Assembly: GCA_946965045.2 (NCBI GenBank)
Contig: OX337239.1
Location: 2,046,001 to 2,110,000 of the forward strand
DNA length: 64,000 nucleotides
Reading direction: 5' to 3'
Source: Epithemia pelagica
Lineage: Eukaryota; Protista; Bacillariophyta
The notes beneath the pieces were generated by a model. The model worked only from the letters and a program-made list of their open reading frames with translations, was not told where the DNA came from and did no database searches. The stretch's first letter is position 1. Each line of letters begins with the position of its first letter. A program made the position numbers and the translations under genes. Shown here one piece after another: positions 35,105 through 43,950 of this stretch.

Positions 35105-38100
35105 GTGGGCAGTCCCCTCATCCTCCATCTCTCTGCCTGTGCCCGAACAGACAAAATGGTTCAATCATATACAGGGCAATACACAACCATATGCGACGAA
35201 TTTGGCTTCAGATGCCATCCAATACGCTTCCTCTGGACAAACCGGTGGATTATTGACGCTGAGATTGCCGTCTTCTTGAAGCAGTGGATTCCGGAATTAT
35301 CCGACGCAACAATGATGAATCGATCTTTAATGCGCTCAGGTAGTGAATGGCGACTCCATTTCCTATCGCAAGAGTGGAATCCCAAGGGTATCTACCGCCA
35401 CGAGGTGCGACGTCGAGGTGGGAAACAAATATTCTACTATGTTTCGGCTCGTCAGACCGATCCACCACCTCAATTCAACCACACTATTGACGAGTGGCTA
35501 AAATTCATAAGCCACAATCGGATTCGAATTGGAGGGAGGAACAAACGCAAGAAACCCACAACACCAATCAAGGATGATGAAACTGCCACAACGGCAGCGT
35601 CATCACCACCAAGCCCAGAGCAGATTTTGGAAGAGGCACTTGAAACCACCACAACAACAACAACCACAGGCACAGGAAACGACAATGGAAACAACAACAA
35701 CAACGAGCATTCCAATGCCTCCAGTGACTCTTCTGCCGTAGATTTCTTCGACCGGCCCGTTGTGAGCAAAATCTTTGGTCCGAGAGTGAATGGGGAGACA
35801 ACGAGAAAGAAGCTGGAACGGTGGATTGAGTCACTTGAAATGGCGGAACAACGGTTTGATTGTTTTTTGACTCTTGTCAACAAGAGCCAAGATGAGCCAC
35901 CGCCAAACTCTTGTGTCCCAAAGATGCTTATGAGGATGCGGGGGCTGAGGCTTGCGTATGAGCGAGCCCTGCACACCATGGAGGATGGTGCCACGTGGAC
36001 TTCGTGTTGCAAATATGCAACCGAATGGAGTAGAATCTCAAAAAGCGGTCTGCAGAATTGGCGGACTGTGCAAAGAGCCAACGTTGCATTCCGGGTCAGC
36101 GGCAAGTTCCCGCATCCAAACTGGTACATCCAGATTGGGAAGAAGCCGTGCCCATGCTTTCTGGCTCAATATCCAGAAGCACTCCCATTGCTGCAGAAGT
36201 GGGCGAGCCAACATCTGGAGACCCTCTCCTGCGAGATGGCAGCCATGTACATTCGAGACAGTTTGATCCCATTGATATATAAAAAAGAGCAACAGACGGA
36301 CACCAAAGATGGGGAGCCATCCACAGAGCCGCTCACGTTGGACGAGTTCCGTCAAAAAGTGAATCTCCCCAGTGTTTCAGTCGGTGCGGCATGGAAGATT
36401 CTCACATATGCTGGGTTTCGATTCTCTGAAACAAAGAAGACATACTACACGGACCGTCACGAGGACGCCGACAATGTTCAAGCCCGGAAGCAGTTCATCT
36501 CGAAATACTTCGAGTTGGAAAAGCTTGCGCATCGATGGATTCAGATTCCATCCGACCAAGCAATCAAACTAGAAAACGGGGAGATTGAGGGTGTCTCCGA
36601 AAAGCTCATGAAGGATGTTTGGGCTTTCGAGTTTCGAGACCCTTCGACGAACCAAACAATGCGAGAATACCATGTAGATTGTTTTCCTGATGTGTTTTCA
36701 TCATACATTAGAGATGAAAACAAGCTGCTGGGAGGAAATTTGTCGCATCGTTTCCCTTCTGAGCGTCGTCCTGTTGTGCTTGTTGGCCAAGATGAAGCCA
36801 TTTTCAAGCAATGGTCCTTCTCGAAGAAGAGTTGGGGGGACCACAAAGGGCGTGGAGTTCTTTTGCCCAAAGACGACGGGCACGGTTTAATGCTTAGTGC
36901 ATTCGTGAGTCGCGCATGGGGGTTCTATTCAGACAACTCAGGCGAACTTGTCCTGCTCACCCCCGAGAAGCTTGAGGCAATCAATCAATCTCGTCGAGCG
37001 CAGACGTACTTGGCCGAGGACTCTGCCAGTCAAGTACTTGGTGGCAGCAGCAAGCGGATCCGGCAGATCACGGATGCCAGTGCGTTCTGCACGTATTTTG
37101 ACTATGGATCCAACAATGATGGCTGGTGGAACTACGATCACATGGCCCTCCAATTTGAGGACTTGGTTGATTGTTTGATGGTCCTCTATCCATCCTTTGA
37201 TTTTGCTTTTCTCTTTGACAACAGTAGCGGTCATGGACGAAAACAGAAGGATGGGCTCAACGAGAAGACCATGAACAAGGATTGGGGTGGAGTGGTACCC
37301 AAAATGCATGAGACAATTGTTGAGTGCATCGGTCCATATCCACACCCTCATCGTCTTCAGCCAGGGTCGAAGCAATCCATGGTATACACGGATGCGGACC
37401 CTGGCCCATTTGCTTATAAGGGTGTTCCTCTCACTGAGGAGCAACGACAACGAATGAAGTTCGACCACCCAACCAATCAAACAAAGAAACACAAGCTGTC
37501 CAAGAAAGAATTGATTGGTGAGCTCATTCGCCATGACATTCAACAAGGAGCTCAACATGGCGACAGGGCACTTCAAGCCTACCATTCCAAATCCCTTGAC
37601 CAGCTCCAGGCAATTTCGACAGCAAGGCAGCTACCAACCGAGGTAGACCGAGTTGTCATGGAGCAGGGCTGGCTCGGGCAACCAAAGGGTCTCTTCCAAG
37701 TTCTGGGCGAGCGTGGTTTCATTGACACCACCAAGCTCCAGGAATACCGCAAGGACATAAGTAAGACATGGTTGGATGGTTCAGGACAGGTCCGTGAGGA
37801 CAAGATGGAGGAATACAAGAAGTATTCCTTGACTTACCTGATGGGATCGTGCGAGGACTTCAAGAATGAGAGATCAGCCCTCGAACAACTGGCGGCTGAT
37901 CTCTCGCAGCGATATTCTCGCAACCTTGAAATCCTCGTCACACCAAAATACCACTGCGAACTGGCGGGTGAAGGGATCGAGTACGCATGGGGTCTTGGGA
38001 AGCGATACTTCCGACGCTTGACAAGAAACGAGAAAGGCAACAAGACGAAGTTCATGCAAGTGGTGAGAGACAGTATGGGGAAAGTTTTGCTGAGAACCGT

Positions 38101-38305
38101 TCGCAGGTTCTCAGCGAAAGCAAGGCGGTACATGCTTACCTATTTGTTGTTTGACAGCAGGAATCAAAGTGCAACAGATGACATCCTGTTTGTCGAAATC
38201 GAGAAGTATGTGAATGTGAGTATGAAGACTCACCGGTGCACGCTCGATCAAGAGCACTCGTTCATCCAGCAAGTCTGGAAGGAGGCACAAGAAGCAGAAC
38301 GCTGA
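35105..38305 (+). CDS. IS630/Tc1/mariner-like DDE transposase (1066-aa open frame; first ATG at 35156)
   Basis: Candidate triad LVGQDEAIF (D at 36791), FLFDNSSGH (D at 37217) and PKYHCELAGEGIE (E at 37979). The last resembles IS630 PxYSPELNPIE. KGLFQVLGERG lies in the long insert. No stops. Confidence 0.85.
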   Translation: MGSPLILHLSACARTDKMVQSYTGQYTTICDEFGFRCHPIRFLWTNRWIIDAEIAVFLKQWIPELSDATMMNRSLMRSGSEWRLHFLSQEWNPKGIYRHEVRRRGGKQIFYYVSARQTDPPPQFNHTIDEWLKFISHNRIRIGGRNKRKKPTTPIKDDETATTAASSPPSPEQILEEALETTTTTTTTGTGNDNGNNNNNEHSNASSDSSAVDFFDRPVVSKIFGPRVNGETTRKKLERWIESLEMAEQRFDCFLTLVNKSQDEPPPNSCVPKMLMRMRGLRLAYERALHTMEDGATWTSCCKYATEWSRISKSGLQNWRTVQRANVAFRVSGKFPHPNWYIQIGKKPCPCFLAQYPEALPLLQKWASQHLETLSCEMAAMYIRDSLIPLIYKKEQQTDTKDGEPSTEPLTLDEFRQKVNLPSVSVGAAWKILTYAGFRFSETKKTYYTDRHEDADNVQARKQFISKYFELEKLAHRWIQIPSDQAIKLENGEIEGVSEKLMKDVWAFEFRDPSTNQTMREYHVDCFPDVFSSYIRDENKLLGGNLSHRFPSERRPVVLVGQDEAIFKQWSFSKKSWGDHKGRGVLLPKDDGHGLMLSAFVSRAWGFYSDNSGELVLLTPEKLEAINQSRRAQTYLAEDSASQVLGGSSKRIRQITDASAFCTYFDYGSNNDGWWNYDHMALQFEDLVDCLMVLYPSFDFAFLFDNSSGHGRKQKDGLNEKTMNKDWGGVVPKMHETIVECIGPYPHPHRLQPGSKQSMVYTDADPGPFAYKGVPLTEEQRQRMKFDHPTNQTKKHKLSKKELIGELIRHDIQQGAQHGDRALQAYHSKSLDQLQAISTARQLPTEVDRVVMEQGWLGQPKGLFQVLGERGFIDTTKLQEYRKDISKTWLDGSGQVREDKMEEYKKYSLTYLMGSCEDFKNERSALEQLAADLSQRYSRNLEILVTPKYHCELAGEGIEYAWGLGKRYFRRLTRNEKGNKTKFMQVVRDSMGKVLLRTVRRFSAKARRYMLTYLLFDSRNQSATDDILFVEIEKYVNVSMKTHRCTLDQEHSFIQQVWKEAQEAER

Positions 38306-38655
38306 AATTCATATTGTAACACATTTACGTACCATAGAACTCCTCTTCATCTTCATACTTGTAGGCTTGTCATGCACGAGACGCTGTTTCACTTTTTCCA
38401 GAAGCAAATTTTATGAGAGAATCTTTTTTGTACCTCTCAAGTGCTGCGAAGTTCATTGGTGACACCAAAAATAGACTGGTCCACAGTGTACAAACGACAG
38501 TCTGATGACTGTCAATGCGGTTTTCACTCTCATTCGGAAGCTCAAAGGGGTTGGCGTTTCTGCGCCTTCTCCAAAAAGTGCAGCAGTCCAAGTTCATAAA
38601 AGTGCAGCAGTCAGAATTTTTCGACAGCGACAAAGTGCAGCAGCCTGCAACAGCC

Positions 38656-39740
38656 ATGGGAAAGCGACAGACACGTTCCGCTACAAAGCAACAGGCGAGT
38701 TCCGCAAGAACACGAACAAGAGCAGCAAAGCCGCCTCGTCGCATGCAGCAAAATCGAAAATACAAAATGGATGAGCTCAATCAGAAACAACGAGCGAGGA
38801 AGAAGATTGCAACAACGAGAACGCCACGGGCAGTGAAGGCGGAGAATCTCATGGCCAAGCTTGAAGGCCTGTATGGATCAGGTACTTTGGAGGAAAGAAC
38901 CGAATTATATCGGTTCATTTCCTCCCACATCAAGGGCATCGTGAGCATCGAAGGTGCACAGGTCCGGAAAGCCCACGGCTCCAAGGGCAAACCTGTTGGC
39001 ACAGCAATCAAACACTATGCTCCAAGTAAATACAACAATAAGAAAGGGTCGGGAATCAACAAGAAACACAAGAACAATCTACTTGTCGAAGGGACAATGA
39101 TGGTGGACCTAAACGACAATTCACAAAAGTACGAGTGCATTGTTCGGTACGTCGACGAAGACTTGTTTGTCATCAAGCGATCAACCTTGGACAACGCTCG
39201 TCTCGGGCTTTTTGCAGCAAAGCCCTACAAAAAAGGCGAAATACTGGGATTCTATGGTGGTAAGGTCCTTGACAAGTCTCGTCCGCCTTCTGCTTACGCT
39301 GTCCGACTGCGTACAAGGCCTTCTGTCTTCGTTGATCCATCCGCGGCAGACCTTTGGATGGGTTTGCACTTTGCAAACGATCCAAACTATGCCAAGTATC
39401 ACGACAACCAACCTGTTGACCCGGACGACAAATGCTACAACGTCCAGGTCGATGGAAAGCTCAAGGCTACAGCCAAACGCAACATTAAAAAAATCAAGAG
39501 TTGTTCTGGTGCTACAATCTGGCGTCGGGCATGAGGACTGGCAGCCAGGATGAGCAAGATGAATCTTCAGATGGCAACGACGACGAGGAATCCGAGAAGT
39601 CGGATGATGAAGGAGATGAAGATGAGGATTCAGATTCGGATTCGGATGACGAGGAAGATGACGAAGGCAACAACAACGAGAAAGATCAGGATTCGCACGA
39701 CGAAGACGAAGATGACGATGAAGAAGAAGAAAGCGACTAA
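38656..39740 (+). CDS. Transposon-borne SET-domain lysine methyltransferase-like protein with acidic tail, interrupted by a 1-nt frameshift at the A7 run 39487-39493
   Basis: IKRSTLDNARLGLFAAKPYKKGEILGFYGG, GLHFANDP and AKRNIKK are in frame 1. Adding one A gives NQELFWCYN (SET ELxxxY motif) followed by ~65 mostly D/E residues (track ORF 39501-39740). Confidence 0.8.
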
Positions 39741-39804
39741 GGCCACGATGATGAAAGTAAAGGACAACAATTATTCAGTATTTAGAATGGTTTATTTTAC
39801 GTAA

Positions 39805-40943
39805 CTAATACTTGTAATAGTCCTCCTGACTAAACATATTTTCCTCCTGCGTATCTTCAAATCCATCATCAACGTGAGAGTCATACGTGGCGTCATCATC
39901 CGACGTCGTTGAAGCAGCCTCACGAAAGAGACTCGGGCTTGCACAACTGTCAGCCATGAAATGCACAGCCCTCTCGGCCTCACGTCTCTTTTGGGCGTGC
40001 TTCTCACCAGGCGTCAAGTACTGCCAATCCACCACATTGGATTTCATGACAGTCTCCGCCTCACCAATGGACTCCTCCTTCTTCAATGGAGTGCGAGTCT
40101 CCATCAGCATTCCATCCTCTTGTCCTGAAAACAAAATGAGGTGAGTACTACGATCGTTCCAATCAATTACAAAGGCACAATCAACTTACCATTTTTGTTG
40201 ATTGTTTCATTGTTTCTGGGCTTGTGGCTACGCTCAGACTGCTTAAGCGTTTCCACAATCTCGGCAATCGAGACTTTGCCCGAATGATGATGGTGGTTTC
40301 GACCAAGCACCAGGGTCGTGGCTCCATTCTCATCACCAAGGATGAGATGCCACTGCGTTGCTTTGTTCAATGCATCCTTGAGCCTCTGCGCCTTGTCGTC
40401 GATGGCCACCGGCATCAATACCACTATGTCCTCGTTTGCTCCTCTTGGAGTCTCCCCTTCAACCACCTTGGAAATGACGAAATCTGGAGACTGGGGTGGG
40501 GGGAGCTCCGGACTCGTCTTCTTTGTTCGACGCTTCTTGTTTGCGTTCTTCTTCGTGGAGCTCTTCTTCGGAGGGAGCTTCTTGCCCGGTGTCTTCGCTG
40601 GTGTCTTCGCTGGTGTCTTCCCTGGCGTCTTCCCTGGTGGAGGAACAGTATCTTCCTGGATGTCATCCAGGAAGCTTGGTGTTTTGGTGCGGGTGCGACT
40701 TGGGTAGCGACGATGGCTGTTGTTGCTCATCTTGTTTTGTTTTTTGTGAGACGAACACACAACTGAGAGCATCGTGCTGTGTCTTGTAATGGGATGTGGA
40801 ATGTACCTGCTCGCGATCTCAAGACCAAACTCAAACAACCTACTTAGATCAACGGATAGCTGAACGGAAAGAGGTGCGCGTAAAGATCCGACCAACCCGT
40901 GTGGCTCCCACATTTTGGATGCATCCGGAAACGAAACATGCAA
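39805..40943 (-). CDS. Transposon cargo gene: basic TPxK-repeat protein, 2 exons (intron 40189-40125; likely start 40730)
   Basis: A GTAAGT...TTTTCAG 65-bp intron joins NKNG|QEDGML in frame. The protein contains TPGK-TPAK-TPAK-TPGK, a K/R cluster and an acidic C-terminus. Confidence 0.65.
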
Positions 40944-41039
40944 ACACGAAACAACCCACTGCTTTGAATCGATCGAACAATCAACCTAACGTGCGGAGTT
41001 CGGAGTACGATGCTACCAACACCAACAATCAACAACGGC

Positions 41040-41549
41040 ATGGAGGACGAGGTCGAGTTCTTTTTCAACAAGGACAAGTTTGGCTCTGAAGACGATCGAA
41101 GTCGATGTAACTTTCGGACGAGCTTTTACGCGGACAGGGTCAATGTTCTCGTTGGAGACATTGTCGACAACGGCGCAGAACAAAATGGACGGAATGTTGT
41201 CGACCGTGGGCATGTTCTCCTCCAACGGGAGACAAGCACAGACTATCTTCGGTTGGCATTTTACAAGAGGGAAGCGCGGTCCGAGTTTGCCGACCCGCTG
41301 CTTGTGCTGCCAGTTGGGTTCATTGTCAAGACAGTGATGAAGGAAGTTCTCTCACCCACGGACTCCAGCAAGAAGAAGGGCCGCATTCAATTCTACACAC
41401 GGTGCACGATCGATACGAAGAGCAGCATGGACCCAATGGTCGTCACCCTCTACATGAGCCTCTTCCACATGGAAGAGCTCAAGACTGCTCTTGCCTACAT
41501 GACGACAAAATACCCTACCCAGAGCCTGTTCTTTACAGCAGATGCGTAA
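41040..41549 (+). CDS. Transposon cargo gene, hypothetical globular protein (~169 aa)
   Basis: ATG-started, compositionally complex ORF with alternating hydrophobic patterns, ending ~170 bp inside the right TIR. No family recognised. Confidence 0.6.
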   Translation: MEDEVEFFFNKDKFGSEDDRSRCNFRTSFYADRVNVLVGDIVDNGAEQNGRNVVDRGHVLLQRETSTDYLRLAFYKREARSEFADPLLVLPVGFIVKTVMKEVLSPTDSSKKKGRIQFYTRCTIDTKSSMDPMVVTLYMSLFHMEELKTALAYMTTKYPTQSLFFTADA

Positions 41550-41813
41550 TAGAACCTACTTAGTCGATTAGCAATAGTACTTGTTGTGTTTGTAGCCAGG
41601 AATGGCATCGTATTTGTCCAAACATCGATCCATCCCATTGTCATGGTTGCTGCGGATTATCCACTGTGGAGTTTTGTGTACTGTTTTTTTTCGGGTACAG
41701 TCTTGTACACTAATATACTCATGCACTCCGCAACGTGAACCAGCTCGTACGGCGTACAGACAAATGTCTATGTTGTCTATCCGAAAAGAGTCTCGTAGTC
41801 CAATTGCCCTCAT

Positions 41814-41860
41814 TCCTCGTACTCGTAACTCGTACTCATACTCGTAGTGTACTCGTATAA
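41814..41860. repeat. Short TACTCG-rich patch (reverse orientation of the GAGTAC repeat family)
   Basis: CTCGTACTCGTAACTCGTACTCATACTCGTAGTGTACTCGTA. Confidence 0.6.
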
Positions 41861-42246
41861 TAATCATCGTAAGTAGTGTGGAGAGGTTCATACTCTCCAG
41901 CGGTATCATGAATGTCACTACCAGTTTCGAGTACTTCTTTCAGCTGTTGATTCTTGATGGGATGATTCTTCTTAAATATCAAAATTTGTCTCAAGATATT
42001 TGTTGGGACGAATTCTGTCTGTTCGTTCTCGTTCTGCTTGTGCTCTTGTTTAATCGAGATTTATATCCTCTTGCACAACGATCCTTACAACTGCTCATCG
42101 TGATGACGCTACGACACAGACACTCTCTCAACAGAGCAAAAGAATAGAGAGATCTTGAGGACCTTATCTTTGAGACAACCACGACGAAGAATCAATGGCT
42201 TCGTACGAAGCAAAGTGATGCATGCGAGTTGAAACACTTCTTCCTC

Positions 42247-42996
42247 ATGAATCAGTTGAATCAAGAGGCAGAGTCCATTTTTACACCATTAGACTGTGAC
42301 TTCAAGAAGAGCAAGCAGGTGTCCAGCGACGCGCATACAAAAAGATCTAACGACGAGTGCTCCCCTCCCACTAAAACAAGATTTGATATACTTTTGTCAG
42401 TCTTGTCCCAAGTGGACCTTTCGGACGACGACAGCAGTGTTGACATCAGCGCCTGTGAAGAAGACGATTCAAGCTGGTCCATGCAAGGCGAAAATGATCA
42501 ACAGGAAGGTATACCAAGAAAATCTCCGAACGCTGCTGACTGTGCCACGACGGAAGAAGCCGTATTGCGGGACTTTCAAAGCAAAGTAAACGCTTTGAGT
42601 AAATTATCCGTCAGCCAATCGACCACCGCCCTGTCGCGTTCTCGTGAATCACGAAGACATCGCGACGTCAGAAGGACTATTGGCAATCCAAGAGAAACAA
42701 ACTGTTACGATTTCACACATTTTGCCAATCCCACAGAATTGGAGAGCGCCGCGAAAAGTTACAGTTCATCAGGGGCATTCTCTTTGGAGCTCGATGTACG
42801 GGCTCACCACCGTTCATTTACCCCAGTCAACGGCGATGGAAACATGAAACTATTGGAAAAGAGGCAGTCACACCCACCCACTGCCCACAGAGTGCAAGAT
42901 ACTTCACCACGAATGCCACAGCGATGCCAGATCGAGACCTCCGAAGATTCTGAGAGTGAAGTCTCATACAGCGATGACAACGAAGAGCTATCTTAA
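42247..42996 (+). CDS. Hypothetical Ser/acidic-rich protein (~249 aa)
   Basis: A long open frame with a disordered-protein composition. No motif recognised. Confidence 0.4.
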   Translation: MNQLNQEAESIFTPLDCDFKKSKQVSSDAHTKRSNDECSPPTKTRFDILLSVLSQVDLSDDDSSVDISACEEDDSSWSMQGENDQQEGIPRKSPNAADCATTEEAVLRDFQSKVNALSKLSVSQSTTALSRSRESRRHRDVRRTIGNPRETNCYDFTHFANPTELESAAKSYSSSGAFSLELDVRAHHRSFTPVNGDGNMKLLEKRQSHPPTAHRVQDTSPRMPQRCQIETSEDSESEVSYSDDNEELS

Positions 42997-43270
42997 GACA
43001 TATCCGACGATGAATCTACGGTTTGCATCGACGATTAGAACTCAGGTACGGATTGATCGGGAGTATTCAAATTCTTGGTCATTAAAATCAAGGCCAATCC
43101 ATTCCTTTCTCTTTGTACGCTTCACCAAAAACTTCTCATGAAAGCCAAGTTGGCAAGTAGTTCCACCTCGAATTTGGATCGTTCTTTGATGCATCTGCAA
43201 ACTAATCTTACACTAACGCGATCCGACAGTACACTACTAAAGATCACTTTGTCTCCGGCATGTTCGATTT

Positions 43271-43595
43271 TTACTTTCTCGCGTTCGTTCCATTTGCGAT
43301 GTTGTTGCTCGTATTTTCCTCCTCTGCTAGTTCATTTTCAAATAGCTCCTGCAATGGCTTCTTGAAGATGTAGTTGCCTGTGTCAAGTTTTTTTAGACCA
43401 GACAGGTGGGTGAGGCAAAATGGACAATGAGCCAAACGACAGCGGAGAGTATGATATAAGTATACCTGATACAACACCAACTGCTGCTACGAAGGCCAAA
43501 TTCACCAACGAGGATGGCCCAGTTCGCCGAAAGCCCTGCTTGAGTCCAATAGCGCGTAAGAAAATGTTAAACTGTGGTGACCATTGTGAAACCAT
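43271..43595 (-). CDS. Spliced 78-aa single-pass microprotein, PIGBOS1-like (exons 43595-43466, 43377-43271)
   Basis: A GT..AG 88-bp intron (43465-43378) gives ...FRRTGPSSLVNLAFVAAVGVVSG|NYIFKKPLQELFE..., resembling PIGBOS1 (LFATVLGIAGGVYIFQP) as recalled from memory. Confidence 0.7.
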
Positions 43596-43950
43596 CGTTT
43601 ACAATATTTTATGGCGCTTGCAGACCTCCACCATTGACAGCCTGTTTTCTTTGAAGATGACTTGTACTACGTTCGGCTTCGCCCGTCCTTCGCTCGGTCG
43701 CATCATTATGCTATCTCTTATTTGGAGCGAGCTACCATAGAGACAATAGCATCCAAATGAGGAAGCAACTATGGCCGACGCCAGATCCTGCAAATGTTTC
43801 TTTCTAATATCTAAATCCGAGAAACTGGGCTATAGTTATGATTGGCACTTCATCTGCCAAAAAGATGGCTAGCAAAGCACTGACACACAGGTACAACAGA
43901 ATCTAGACTACAGCTGAATCGACAAATGAGGACATCCGAGTATCACTATC

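Larger units (their letters stand above)
34778..41747. mobile_element. Large four-gene IS630/Tc1/mariner-like DNA transposon, 6970 bp
   Basis: 31-bp TIRs C(A/G)AGCTGGTTCACGTTGCGGAGTGCATGAGT (34778-34808 versus 41717-41747, one mismatch). TA on both flanks (34776-77 and 41748-49). Encloses a DDE transposase and three further ORFs. Confidence 0.92.

Noticed and set aside
38656-38730. SET protein N-terminus (KRQTRSATKQ...RAAK) as a histone H3-tail mimic
   Set aside because: The resemblance is no better than expected for a K/R/T/A-rich low-complexity segment.
39481-39500. Canonical programmed -1 ribosomal frameshift in the SET gene
   Set aside because: ATT AAA AAA ATC does not form an in-frame X XXY YYZ heptamer, and I saw no clear downstream stimulator. 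Kept only as an unresolved frameshift.
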